Shown piece by piece: positions 9,534 through 19,690 of a stretch of DNA of 64,000 nucleotides. Source of the stretch: a virus; the IMG/VR virus record IMGVR_UViG_3300005077_000565, positions 64,001 through 128,000 of that record; one strand, written 5' to 3'. The notes under the pieces were generated by a model. It worked only from the letters and a program-made list of their open reading frames with translations, was not told the DNA's origin and made no database searches. How positions within the stretch are numbered: the first letter of the stretch is position 1; every line of letters begins with the position of its first letter. Position numbers and translations under genes: made by a program.

Positions 9534-10244
9534 ATGTTAGATGTATTCTTCTTGAGTTATGATGAAGAATTTGCTGATGAAAACTTCGAATTGTTGAAGA
9601 TGTTTGCTCCACACGCTAAACGTGTTCAAGGAGTTAAAGGTATTTTCGAAGCACACCAGGAATGTGCACGCCAGTCCAGCACCAATAACTTTTATGTGTG
9701 CGATGCCGACTGTGTTATTGACGAGCAATTTTCCTTTAAATTCATCCCTAGTAACGTCAAAGAAGCCTATCCTGGAACCAAAGAAAAAGACTGCGTGTTT
9801 ACCTGGCGCAGTGTAAATCCCATAAACAAATTGATCTATGGATACGGCGCAGTTAAATTGTTCCCTAAAGAAAAACTGCTCAACGCCCAGCACTGGAATG
9901 TTGATATGACCACTACTATCGGTGCACCTTTTGTACCGAAGTTTCAGATCAGTAACGTTACAGCATTTAACACTGATCCTTTCAATACCTGGAAGAGCGC
10001 GTTCCGTGAATGTACCAAATTGGCCAGCGCTATTATTCCCAATGGCAATAACCTAGATAACGAGTATCGACTTGGCGTCTGGTGTACACGTGGGGAACGT
10101 GAACGGTTTGGTAAATTCTGTATTGATGGTGCTCAGCAGGGTCGAGATTTTGGCGCATACTATAAAAATAAGCCCGAGGTATTGAAATTAATCAATGACT
10201 TTTCCTGGTTGCGAGAACAATATGACAATACTTACAACGACTAA
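9534..10244 (+). CDS. Glycosyltransferase-like protein (GT-A, DxD)
   Basis: DVFFLSYDE, GIFEAHQ, YVCDAD, YGYGAVKLFP, WKSAFREC. ATG 9534 follows the upstream stop. Confidence 0.65.
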   Translation: MLDVFFLSYDEEFADENFELLKMFAPHAKRVQGVKGIFEAHQECARQSSTNNFYVCDADCVIDEQFSFKFIPSNVKEAYPGTKEKDCVFTWRSVNPINKLIYGYGAVKLFPKEKLLNAQHWNVDMTTTIGAPFVPKFQISNVTAFNTDPFNTWKSAFRECTKLASAIIPNGNNLDNEYRLGVWCTRGERERFGKFCIDGAQQGRDFGAYYKNKPEVLKLINDFSWLREQYDNTYND

Positions 10245-11235
10245 CAATCATCCCGAAGCAGCACTGGATCTTGAAATAGACACTACTGCCACTCTGGATT
10301 TTAATCGAAGTGAAAACTTAGTTAATTTCCACTGGATGTACGGTCTAGAAGAATATTTGACTTACGTCAATCACCCACAATTGGAAAAATTCGTCAGTAT
10401 CAAGAAAGCACTGTTTCATGGCAACGCCTGGAAAATTCGAGAACTACTACTAGATGAAATTCATCGTGGACCCGTAGTATATACTGAAGAATTTACCAAA
10501 ATTATCATGGGCAATTACATTGGATATCAGTATGCTAACCACCGTAAAGTATTACGCTATGTTGCGCACTGTATTGATGATGAGTTTATCAGAAAAATCA
10601 GCGCCTGGAGTATCAAGTGGCAGATGAGGGCCAACCTAAACGATCACTTCAGTCGCGGACAGATGCAGAGTAAGCTCTGGTTAATTCAGGAATTAAAACA
10701 AGTACTGAATAACACTGACCACCAGTTACCGAAAATCAATGAAATAGTTCAATACGGTGGCTGGTATGCCACGGTTGCACATTTTATATTTAAAGAGTTT
10801 AGTCCTAGCCAATACTATAGTCTAGAGTTAGATCCAGTGTGTATAGACATTGCCGACGATTTCAATGCCGAGCAGTGTTATGACGGCTGGAAATTTAAGA
10901 GCATACCCATGGATGTCAATGACATACACTGGCGTGATCGTTCTTTCCCGGCCTATATTCATACACGCGATGGGCGAGAAATTGAATTAAAATTAACACC
11001 GGACCTGATAATCAACACCAGTTGTGAACACATGGACGACAGTTGGTTCAAAAATATCCCACGTGGAACTCTAGTTTGTCTGCAAACCAACAACTATTTT
11101 GAAAACGAGCAGCACGTTAACTGTGTAGCCAGCGTCAATGAAGCCATCTCAAAATACAAATTCAGTAAATTATTCTACAGTGGAGAATTGGACACTCAGA
11201 TGTATAAACGTTTCATGCTGATTGGAATCAGATGA
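10222..11235 (+). CDS. Class I SAM methyltransferase-like protein with N-terminal extension
   Basis: FSRGQMQSKLWL, YGGWYA (motif I-like), LELDP, INTSCEHM. Confidence 0.6.
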   Translation: MTILTTTNNHPEAALDLEIDTTATLDFNRSENLVNFHWMYGLEEYLTYVNHPQLEKFVSIKKALFHGNAWKIRELLLDEIHRGPVVYTEEFTKIIMGNYIGYQYANHRKVLRYVAHCIDDEFIRKISAWSIKWQMRANLNDHFSRGQMQSKLWLIQELKQVLNNTDHQLPKINEIVQYGGWYATVAHFIFKEFSPSQYYSLELDPVCIDIADDFNAEQCYDGWKFKSIPMDVNDIHWRDRSFPAYIHTRDGREIELKLTPDLIINTSCEHMDDSWFKNIPRGTLVCLQTNNYFENEQHVNCVASVNEAISKYKFSKLFYSGELDTQMYKRFMLIGIR

Positions 11236-11459
11236 AGGATATCACTGAATTAACGCTGCGAGAATTACAGACTGAGAGTGCACGTGCTCTGATAATTTTT
11301 GGTGCGACAAATAACAACATTAAAAAATTTAACGATGAAGCACGCCACGACAGCCAGAATTGGTATCGTGCCGTGATATTTGAATATTTAAAACAATACG
11401 GCGGTCTACCAAGCAACGTGGGCCCTGGCCGAGACGTAAAATTAGTCTGCGATGTATAA
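11232..11459 (+). CDS. Hypothetical protein
   Basis: 75-aa ORF overlapping both neighbours in operon fashion. Confidence 0.7.
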   Translation: MKDITELTLRELQTESARALIIFGATNNNIKKFNDEARHDSQNWYRAVIFEYLKQYGGLPSNVGPGRDVKLVCDV

Positions 11460-12528
11460 ATTACAAGACATAAAAACAGTTCATCTGGAGATCACACAGG
11501 CCTGTCAGGCCGCCTGTCCCATGTGCGACCGTAATCAAAACGGTGGTGCACTAAATCCTCACATCAACTTAGACGAACTGACACTGGCGGATTGCCAAAA
11601 GATTTTCTCTCCGGAATTTATTCGTCAGTTGAACACTATGTATATGTGTGGTAATTTAGGTGATCCCATTGTTGCACGTGATACTCTTGAAGTATTTCGT
11701 TATTTTAGGCAGCACAATCCCAAGATGTGGTTATCAATGAATACCAATGCCGGTGCCAGAGACACCGAGTGGTGGACTGAACTTGCTAAAGTTTTTGGGC
11801 GTCAGGGGACTGTGATTTTTTCTGTAGATGGCCTTTCAGACACCAATCACATATACCGGCAAAATGTTCGCTGGGAGGCTGTGGAAAATTCCATGCGTAG
11901 TTTTATCGCCGCCGGCGGCCGAGCACGCTGGGATTTTTTAATATTCGATTATAATCAGCATCAGGTCGAGCATGCACGTGAATTCAGCACAGAGCTGGGA
12001 TTTGAAAAGTTTGTTGCCAAAAAAACCGGACGTTTCGTAACCTCGATGTTTGATAAAAAAGATCAGCATCAGGCAGTAAATCGTCGTGGCGAGCAGACGG
12101 TGATATTAAAGAAACCCAGTGAAGAGTTTCAAAATCCTGCATTAAAAAAATACGACGCAGTTGTTGAAAAGTATGGCACCATAGACGACTACCATGATCA
12201 GACTGCAATACATTGTAAAGTCAAAGATGAAGGTAACTTGTTCATCACAGCAGAGGGTCTGGCCTTGCCCTGTTGCTGGACCGCCGGACGTATGTACAAG
12301 TGGTTTCATGAAGACTACCGAGCTGAACAGATCTGGAATTATATCGATCAAGTCGGTGGTAAATCTGCTTTAGATGCCAGACTGGGTCTGGAGCGTGTTT
12401 TTGACACTGGTATATTTGATCTAATAGAGCAGAGTTGGTCTCAACCCAGTTGCAAGTCTGGAAAACTTAAAGTATGTGCGCAGAAATGCGGTGTTGAACT
12501 GGATCTGTTTAAAGAACAGTTTTCTTGA
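11452..12528 (+). CDS. Radical SAM protein with C-terminal SPASM/twitch-like Cys cluster
   Basis: CQAACPMC, MCGNLGDP, LPCCW, VCAQKCG. Confidence 0.9.
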   Translation: MYKLQDIKTVHLEITQACQAACPMCDRNQNGGALNPHINLDELTLADCQKIFSPEFIRQLNTMYMCGNLGDPIVARDTLEVFRYFRQHNPKMWLSMNTNAGARDTEWWTELAKVFGRQGTVIFSVDGLSDTNHIYRQNVRWEAVENSMRSFIAAGGRARWDFLIFDYNQHQVEHAREFSTELGFEKFVAKKTGRFVTSMFDKKDQHQAVNRRGEQTVILKKPSEEFQNPALKKYDAVVEKYGTIDDYHDQTAIHCKVKDEGNLFITAEGLALPCCWTAGRMYKWFHEDYRAEQIWNYIDQVGGKSALDARLGLERVFDTGIFDLIEQSWSQPSCKSGKLKVCAQKCGVELDLFKEQFS

Positions 12529-13789
12529 TTAGACGATTTCGAAATTCTACTAGTTCGGGAAACGTAGTGGCAAAATCAGTGCCACGTAATCGATCATACT
12601 CAGCGACTCCACGATCAAATGCCTGACAGATTGCCGGTGTGTAAAAACTCTCATCGGCATTTTTAATTGACCTTACTGCACCAATCAGCGGATCTGTCCA
12701 GAATTTTGGTGCACCATCAGTGATAACGTTAGTGAGTTTACTAATGGCAATATCACGATATTCCTGGTCAGCTGAAAATAACGTAACTGCTACGGATCGA
12801 CTAGACCAGGGGACTATTTTTGCCGGGACCTTACTTCCTATACGGCAGTTGTCATGTAGCCATTGTGTCCATTCATCTATAGTAAGGGCGTTGAACACAT
12901 TTAAGCATGATTGTATGGCTACTTTTATGCCATTGCGTTTTATTTTATCAAATGTCTCCAGCCATTTATGATCGCGATAGCCATAACGTATATATGCGCC
13001 GCGATCGCCATGTCCATCATTGCTTAGAGTAATACTGCAACGATCGCCCCAGTGCACTAGATAGTTCTCAATGATATCAACTCCACGATAACTTGTAGTT
13101 ATACTACCATTAGTGTGAGACCATATTTTAATAGTTTTATGTAGTCCACGCTTGATCATTTCCTCTAACAATTCATGAAAGTCTTCACTCATGAAGGGTT
13201 CACCACCATTTAGGTGTATTAGACGTAGACTGTCGCTGTGGTCTAAAATGTATTTCAACATTTTTTTAGAATCATTCTGCCAGATTATTGAACTAGATTT
13301 TCTACTATCGGGATGCAGCGTATAATGTGCATGCTGATAGTTATTTGCGATAGTTGAACTCAGTTCTGGACTACACCCCAGGCAGGCAAAATTGCATTTG
13401 TTGGTCCAGAGTAGGTCTAACCAGACTGGTTTGAACTGATCAGTAGTATTGTATATAATGTCATTCAGATCATTAACGGCATTTTTATTATTAAACAGTC
13501 GGACGTCACTGATAGTATCGGATAGATTTTCCTGCCGCCAGCATGATCGGCATGCGTCAGGCCGTTCTCCTTTTAAGAATGCCGACCTTAATTTTCTGGA
13601 ATTTTCGCTATTGACTATATTTTCCAGTGAATCTGTGTTAAAATTACCCAGTGGGTATCTAGTTTTGCAACAGGGAGATACCAATCCTTCTGGTCCAATA
13701 TGAACACTGCTAAATGGTGCAGCACATAGATGGTCACCGAATTGAGTTGATATATTTTCAGGTAAACTAGACGGTGATTGTTCAGTCAT
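12509..13789 (-). CDS. Radical SAM protein with N-terminal twitch/SPASM domain
   Basis: CNFACLGC, LNGGEP; N-terminal LCAAPF..PCC..CRSCW. Confidence 0.9.
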   Translation of the reverse strand: MTEQSPSSLPENISTQFGDHLCAAPFSSVHIGPEGLVSPCCKTRYPLGNFNTDSLENIVNSENSRKLRSAFLKGERPDACRSCWRQENLSDTISDVRLFNNKNAVNDLNDIIYNTTDQFKPVWLDLLWTNKCNFACLGCSPELSSTIANNYQHAHYTLHPDSRKSSSIIWQNDSKKMLKYILDHSDSLRLIHLNGGEPFMSEDFHELLEEMIKRGLHKTIKIWSHTNGSITTSYRGVDIIENYLVHWGDRCSITLSNDGHGDRGAYIRYGYRDHKWLETFDKIKRNGIKVAIQSCLNVFNALTIDEWTQWLHDNCRIGSKVPAKIVPWSSRSVAVTLFSADQEYRDIAISKLTNVITDGAPKFWTDPLIGAVRSIKNADESFYTPAICQAFDRGVAEYDRLRGTDFATTFPELVEFRNRLIKKTVL

Positions 13790-13802
13790 AAATATATTTA
13801 TA
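13787..13802. promoter_or_regulatory. Divergent T4-type late-promoter boxes
   Basis: TATAAATA on the minus strand (13795-13802) 5 nt before ATG 13789; CATAAATA on the plus strand (13787-13794). Confidence 0.55.
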
Positions 13803-13815
13803 AAATACGCACATA

Positions 13816-14940
13816 ATGAATCTAACTGACGTCAATAAGATAGAATTAGAACTTACCTCTAGATGTAATGCTGCATGCCCAGGCTGTGCCCGCACATTAA
13901 ATCCCGGAAAGTTCCCCATCGCAGACCTAACCATCGCTGATATAAAACGTTTATTTCCTGTTGAATACATAAAAGACAAAAAATTTAAACTCTGCGGAGT
14001 TCTAGGAGACCCGGTGTTCAATGATGATTGTCTGGAAATAACAGAATACATCGTAAGAAACGGTGGATACTGCCAGATTAGTACCAACGCCGGTATCCAA
14101 ACCGCCGGCTGGTGGCGTAAACTGGGTGCGCTGTCAGCTGAAACTGGTTTAGTTGATGTTGCGTTCTGTATTGATGGCCATGCTGAAACCAATCATATAT
14201 ATCGTGTCAATACCTACTTCCCTACTATATTAAGAAATCTAGAATCGTATTATCAGGGCGGCGCCGGCCAGGCCCTGGGGACCTGGGTTTACATTGTATT
14301 TGACCATAACGAACACGAAGTCGATGCTGCACGCGAAACTGCTCAGCGGCTTAATTTGAAATTCGCACTGCGTACAGGAATGCGTAATAGCATGTCTAAT
14401 TGGGTGGCCGAAGTCAAAACAAAAAAATCTGATCATGTTGTTCGAGAACAACGAACGATAACCACCACTGGTGAAAAAGAACACAGCAAAAAACAACAAG
14501 TACAACAAATCGAATCAGTGGTGACACAGTATCAGCAGTCTGTAGTAAACAGTACACCAGTTTCATCAGAAGTGCGCCAGCTGGTTGCAGAAACTGTCAG
14601 TACTATCACATGTAAGTTAGTGCACGAAGGTGAAATTTTCATTGCCAGTAATTTAACCGTCTGGCCCTGTTGTTTCCTCTGGGACAGCTATTTCAAAAAT
14701 AAAGACAGTATTGTAGACAAGTTATCGGATTTTGACTCTGACTGGAACAGTGTGGCCACTAAAAGTATCGCAGACGTCATTGGGCATCGTTGGTTCAGTA
14801 ATGAACTCGGCGAAAGCTGGAATTTTGACCATCCACGACATTTAACACGATGTGTTAAAACTTGTGCACACAACAAAGCATATCACAACGAAGTAAAGAT
14901 AATAGATCAACATGGAAAAACAACAGAAATATCCCAGTAA
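13816..14940 (+). CDS. Radical SAM protein (paralogue of 11452..12528)
   Basis: CNAACPGC, LCGVLGDP, WPCCF, RCVKTC. Confidence 0.9.
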   Translation: MNLTDVNKIELELTSRCNAACPGCARTLNPGKFPIADLTIADIKRLFPVEYIKDKKFKLCGVLGDPVFNDDCLEITEYIVRNGGYCQISTNAGIQTAGWWRKLGALSAETGLVDVAFCIDGHAETNHIYRVNTYFPTILRNLESYYQGGAGQALGTWVYIVFDHNEHEVDAARETAQRLNLKFALRTGMRNSMSNWVAEVKTKKSDHVVREQRTITTTGEKEHSKKQQVQQIESVVTQYQQSVVNSTPVSSEVRQLVAETVSTITCKLVHEGEIFIASNLTVWPCCFLWDSYFKNKDSIVDKLSDFDSDWNSVATKSIADVIGHRWFSNELGESWNFDHPRHLTRCVKTCAHNKAYHNEVKIIDQHGKTTEISQ

Positions 14941-16324
14941 GACATTTTGTATTTTACCCTGGGTACACTTGAGTACGCGGCCTGATGGCCAGATGCGTGT
15001 GTGTTGTACTGCCAATGCCAGTGCAGTAGGACCCACCAACGATAAATTGAACGGTGGTAACATCGGCGTCCTAAAAGACGAAGAAGGTCGTCCAAATAAT
15101 TTAAACGTGTCAGATTTCCTGTCCAGCTGGAATAGTTCATATATGAAGAATGTACGGCGTCAGATGCTCAATGGAGAGGAACCACCTAGTTGTACCAAAT
15201 GCTACAAGGAAGAACGTGCCGGCCACAAGAGTAAGCGAGAATGGGAAACCAAATACTGGAGTGAACGTGTGGATTTAGATCAACTCGTCGCCGATACTGC
15301 CGAAGATGGTAGCATACCTCCCAAACTTAGTTATATTGATCTTCGATTTGGTACCAAGTGTCAGCTGGCCTGTATAATGTGTAGTCCTCATGACAGCAGT
15401 GGCTGGATCAAAGAATGGAAAGCTATTCATCCCACCATTGAAAATAAAAATGTGCGCGAAGTCTGGCAGTGGGACAACAAGGGCAGTGTCAACGGCAGCA
15501 GTTATAACTGGCATAAAAATAATCCGGTGTTCTGGGAACAATTTTATGAACAGATACCTCATATGAAACAGGTTTATTTTGCCGGCGGTGAAAGTTTAAT
15601 CATTGAAGAGCACTACGAAATACTTGAAGAAATTATTCGACAGGGTCGTGCCAACGACATGGAAATTCGCTACAACAGCAATGGCGTTGAATGGCGTGAT
15701 GATCTTTTCGATCTCTGGAAAGAATTTAAAATTGTTAGATTTCACTACAGTGTCGATGATATTGGAGCACGTAATGAATACATACGCTATCCCAGTAAGT
15801 GGGCACGTACAGAAGAAGTATTCCGCATATTAGATGAACAGACCAGTGATAACGTAGAAGTAACAGTGGCCTGCGCAGTTAATGCATTAAATGTCTATTA
15901 TCTGCCGGATTTTCTAAAGTGGAAACTGACACAAAATTTTAAAAAGATCAACATGTGGCCACTGAGCGCCGGCGGCCTAAATTATCACTTTGTCTATTGG
16001 CCGCCCTATTTAAATGTTAAATCATTGCCACAATGGTTCAAAGATGAATGTGAGCGCAAATATGAAGAATTTATACCATGGTGGCGTGAACACTGGCAGC
16101 TTGGTGTTCCCGCGCATCTACAGGGCACAGTACCGCAGGACAAGTGGGAATCCGCTGAATATGGTATTAAAAGACTACGCGGCATAATAAGCTTCATGAA
16201 GTCCGAGGACTGGAGTGTACGGCTTCCAGAAATGCAGGAATATTTGGAAAAGATTGATGCACATCGCGGCACTAGTTTTTATGATACATTTGTTGACATG
16301 AAGGATATTTTTAAAAATGTTTGA
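14912..16324 (+). CDS. Radical SAM protein with N-terminal twitch domain
   Basis: CQLACIMC, FAGGES; N-terminal FCILPW..VCC..CTKCY. Confidence 0.9.
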   Translation: MEKQQKYPSKTFCILPWVHLSTRPDGQMRVCCTANASAVGPTNDKLNGGNIGVLKDEEGRPNNLNVSDFLSSWNSSYMKNVRRQMLNGEEPPSCTKCYKEERAGHKSKREWETKYWSERVDLDQLVADTAEDGSIPPKLSYIDLRFGTKCQLACIMCSPHDSSGWIKEWKAIHPTIENKNVREVWQWDNKGSVNGSSYNWHKNNPVFWEQFYEQIPHMKQVYFAGGESLIIEEHYEILEEIIRQGRANDMEIRYNSNGVEWRDDLFDLWKEFKIVRFHYSVDDIGARNEYIRYPSKWARTEEVFRILDEQTSDNVEVTVACAVNALNVYYLPDFLKWKLTQNFKKINMWPLSAGGLNYHFVYWPPYLNVKSLPQWFKDECERKYEEFIPWWREHWQLGVPAHLQGTVPQDKWESAEYGIKRLRGIISFMKSEDWSVRLPEMQEYLEKIDAHRGTSFYDTFVDMKDIFKNV

Positions 16325-17111
16325 TACATCAAATAAACTATACGACAATATAATAATAGAAAATAAAAATTTACTAAAACTTAACGTTGACGGCCTGGCT
16401 TTTGTCATTGGTAAAGACTGGCGCCGCATCGGTGTTAATTTATCTGGAAGTGCCGACAGTGCTATAGTAACAGCAATCTTGTGCAAATTGATACAGGAGA
16501 ATAATTTACAAATAAAAATATCAGCAATAAGTTTTATTCGTCGCTGGGATACACGACCCTGGCAGGCCTATATTGCCGAGCAGGTGTTTCAGGAATTAAA
16601 AAGAATGTACCCGGAAATTATTGAAGATCAACACTGGCACTACTTGCCACCAGAACTTGAAAGTGGTGCAATTGGTGAAATAATCACTGGTCGTGGATAT
16701 GACGCAATTGCTGTTGCTAGTTTTAACAGGTATATATCAAAACAATTAGACATGGATGCGGTCGTAAATGCCACCAGCATGGCGCCGACGGGCATAGAAA
16801 TAAATAAATCCAGTGAAAATTTCCGCAATAAAACAGCAACACAGGGAACCAGTGATGATTTAATTTACTGTCTAGACGGAATCTGGTACATGTATCCCCT
16901 AAGGTTTGTGACTAAAAACTGGGTAATTCAGCGATATTTCAATGCCGGTTTGCGTGTGTTATTCAATAAGACACGTAGCTGCAAAGCAGACGTAAATGAT
17001 TCAATTATTAATCCCTTTGTACCATCATATGATGATTACAAACCCGGTCAATTCGTCCCAGTCTGTGGTAAGTGTTGGTGGTGTCTAGCAGTGAACTCGG
17101 GGCAGCAGTAA
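16317..17111 (+). CDS. QueC-like PP-loop (adenine nucleotide alpha-hydrolase) protein, divergent
   Basis: GVNLSGSADSA PP-loop variant; TRSC..CGKCWWC Zn-like motif. Confidence 0.6.
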   Translation: MFDTSNKLYDNIIIENKNLLKLNVDGLAFVIGKDWRRIGVNLSGSADSAIVTAILCKLIQENNLQIKISAISFIRRWDTRPWQAYIAEQVFQELKRMYPEIIEDQHWHYLPPELESGAIGEIITGRGYDAIAVASFNRYISKQLDMDAVVNATSMAPTGIEINKSSENFRNKTATQGTSDDLIYCLDGIWYMYPLRFVTKNWVIQRYFNAGLRVLFNKTRSCKADVNDSIINPFVPSYDDYKPGQFVPVCGKCWWCLAVNSGQQ

Positions 17112-19177
17112 TGTCAGAAACCTTTTGTCCAATACCCTGGAACTTTCAGGCAATTAAATCCAATGGGGACCTGCGTGTATGCTGTCAGGCTAATGTCACT
17201 AAAAATCAGGGAGTACTGCGCAAGGATGATGGCACAGCATTCAATGCTGGTGTTGATTCACTGGGTGATTCTAGAAACAACGACATGCTACGTGCGATGC
17301 GTCTTAACATGCTTAACGGAGTCTGGAGTGAAGAATGTGGTCGCTGCAAGTCCGAGGAACAGGCCGGGTTAGTGAGTCGCCGAACATATGAAAACCAGCA
17401 GTGGCAGATGAGCATTGATGAAGTCCGTGCTAAAACCGCCAATGATGGTTCTATCGCCGATGGAGATTTTCCAGTTGTTTACTACGATCTTAGGTTTGGT
17501 AATTTTTGTAATCTTAAGTGTAGAATGTGTGGGCCCACCGACAGTAACTCCTGGTATGAAGACTGGATACAGTTAACTGGTGATAGTAAGTTTAAAGATT
17601 CTGGCAAGATTATTGAAATTAAAGATGCGACCACCAGTAGTTATAACTGGTATGAATATGAACCATTCTGGCAGCAGCTAGAGAACAACATGCATAATAT
17701 TCAGCATGTCTATCTGGCCGGTGGTGAACCACTTCTGATTGATCGGCACTACGATTTTCTAGAAAAATGTGTGACTTCGGGAAATGCTGATCATATTGTT
17801 CTAGAATACAACACTAACATGAGTACGATACCCACACGTGTAACAAATTTGTGGACTAATTTTAAACAGGTTAGAATCGGTGCCAGCATCGACGGAATAG
17901 GCTCAGTCTTCGAATACCAGCGTCACCCGGCTAAATGGGATAAAACTCTGGCAAACTTATACAAGGTTGATGCACTACCTGACAATGTCACTGGTTGGCT
18001 AGCATTCACTGTGACCGCGTATAACGTCAACCACATGATAGATTTCATGAAATGGAAACTCAGTGAAAGTGGCTTCACTAAGCTAAACAGCACTCGACGA
18101 AAACCCATCATTACGCATCATGTTGCACACCACCCACATCACTTGAATATACGAGTGCTTCCGGATGAATATAAAAAACAGATAACCAATAAATTTTCTG
18201 ATTTTATAAACTGGGTTAAACTGCAGGGCTATCCTGATCATGTAGTTAAACACGCCACTGAAATCAGCAACGGTGTGACTAATTACATGAACAGTCAGAG
18301 CTATTATGAATCTGATTGGCCGGAATTTTTAAAATATACTCGTGCACTGGACCGCATCCGTCAGGAAGACATCAGATACGTGGAACCCATGTTGGCACAG
18401 TATTTTGAAAATACCACAGACTCAGTCGCCCAAGAAAAACCTGCCCCGGTGATCGGTGCCACTGCGTCCTTTGATACAGTGGACCTGTTAACTGGAAATG
18501 TATTCCAGGTGACCTGGGATCTAGGACGCAGATGTAACTACGACTGTAGTTATTGCCCAACGCATCGTCATGATAACTTTAGTCCACATGCCACGCTGTA
18601 TGAACTTAAGAAAAATGCAGATTTTACACTTCGTTATATAGATATTTACATGCGCTATAGAAGTTATAAGCATGCTAGTATAAACTTTACCGGAGGCGAG
18701 CCCACGGTTAATCCTAATTTCATCGAGTTTATTGAATATTTGAAATCAAAATATCAGGAAAAATTTTCTGATAGATGGCGTTGTGTTTTCACTGTTACCA
18801 GCAACGGTGCAATGAGTAAAAAGATTGCCAAAGCTGTAATGAAACACTGTGATCATATTACAATAAGCTATCATACCGAGGCCGCCGACCTTATTAAACA
18901 GCAGGTTCGAGATCGCATGGTTCAGTTTTCTAAGGAAGGTCCCAAACATGGCTGTACACTTTCAATTAACGTCATGTTCCACGCCAAATATTTTGACGAA
19001 TGTCAGGAACTATGTAGGTTTTTGGATTCTAAAAATATCAAATATGTACCGCGTGTCATTGGCGAAGACCCTAGCAGTAAACCATCGTTCGCACATCAGT
19101 ATAACGATCAACAACTGGCCTGGTTCAAAGAATACTGGGATAAAAATACGCAGGAGTTGACTAATAATGCAAAATAA
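17111..19177 (+). CDS. Fusion of two radical SAM domains (twitch-rSAM plus a second rSAM)
   Basis: CNLKCRMC/LAGGEP and CNYDCSYC/FTGGEP in one frame. TAATG overlap with the upstream gene. Confidence 0.88.
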   Translation: MSETFCPIPWNFQAIKSNGDLRVCCQANVTKNQGVLRKDDGTAFNAGVDSLGDSRNNDMLRAMRLNMLNGVWSEECGRCKSEEQAGLVSRRTYENQQWQMSIDEVRAKTANDGSIADGDFPVVYYDLRFGNFCNLKCRMCGPTDSNSWYEDWIQLTGDSKFKDSGKIIEIKDATTSSYNWYEYEPFWQQLENNMHNIQHVYLAGGEPLLIDRHYDFLEKCVTSGNADHIVLEYNTNMSTIPTRVTNLWTNFKQVRIGASIDGIGSVFEYQRHPAKWDKTLANLYKVDALPDNVTGWLAFTVTAYNVNHMIDFMKWKLSESGFTKLNSTRRKPIITHHVAHHPHHLNIRVLPDEYKKQITNKFSDFINWVKLQGYPDHVVKHATEISNGVTNYMNSQSYYESDWPEFLKYTRALDRIRQEDIRYVEPMLAQYFENTTDSVAQEKPAPVIGATASFDTVDLLTGNVFQVTWDLGRRCNYDCSYCPTHRHDNFSPHATLYELKKNADFTLRYIDIYMRYRSYKHASINFTGGEPTVNPNFIEFIEYLKSKYQEKFSDRWRCVFTVTSNGAMSKKIAKAVMKHCDHITISYHTEAADLIKQQVRDRMVQFSKEGPKHGCTLSINVMFHAKYFDECQELCRFLDSKNIKYVPRVIGEDPSSKPSFAHQYNDQQLAWFKEYWDKNTQELTNNAK

Positions 19178-19622
19178 AATCATACCAATTGTTGAAGACA
19201 GCGACGAACTTGGGCTTAAGTTTGGTCGCCCCTGCTGTGGTGGTCGAACCATGTGTCTGCACAGTGAAGGTGAAACTAAAAAATCTAAATTTGTGGATTT
19301 CCGTGAATTCGAAGGCTGGTACTGTAGTGTGAACTGGTTCTTCATGCATATAGAGCAGCAGACTAATCGAGTGTTCCATCATCAAACCTGCAAAGCACAG
19401 TTTGGGGGTGGTATTGGCCCGATTGGAGGCCTTGACGATGCTGAACAGATTTTACAGGACCTCGAGCGCACTCTGCAACAACAGCAGATGCCCACTATAA
19501 TATGTCCTAAAAAAACCTGCGGTTGTGGACTGTGTGCGCCCAAGAGTATTGATCAGGACAAATTTAATGCAGTACTGTCAAGTCATATTGACATGTCAGT
19601 GTTTAATTTATCTAACCGTTGA
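19167..19622 (+). CDS. Cys-rich SPASM-like domain protein (likely partner or split C-terminus of the preceding rSAM)
   Basis: PCCGGRTMC, WYCSVN, QTCK, ICPKKTCGCGLCAPK. Confidence 0.65.
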   Translation: MQNKIIPIVEDSDELGLKFGRPCCGGRTMCLHSEGETKKSKFVDFREFEGWYCSVNWFFMHIEQQTNRVFHHQTCKAQFGGGIGPIGGLDDAEQILQDLERTLQQQQMPTIICPKKTCGCGLCAPKSIDQDKFNAVLSSHIDMSVFNLSNR

Positions 19623-19648
19623 CGTTTCAACACTACATATGCTATAAT
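19619..19648 (+). promoter_or_regulatory. Sigma70-like promoter of tctC
   Basis: TTGACG-18 nt-TATAAT with extended TG. Confidence 0.6.
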
Positions 19649-19690
19649 AACATATCTTTTAATTAAAAGATATCTTTTAAGGACATTGTT

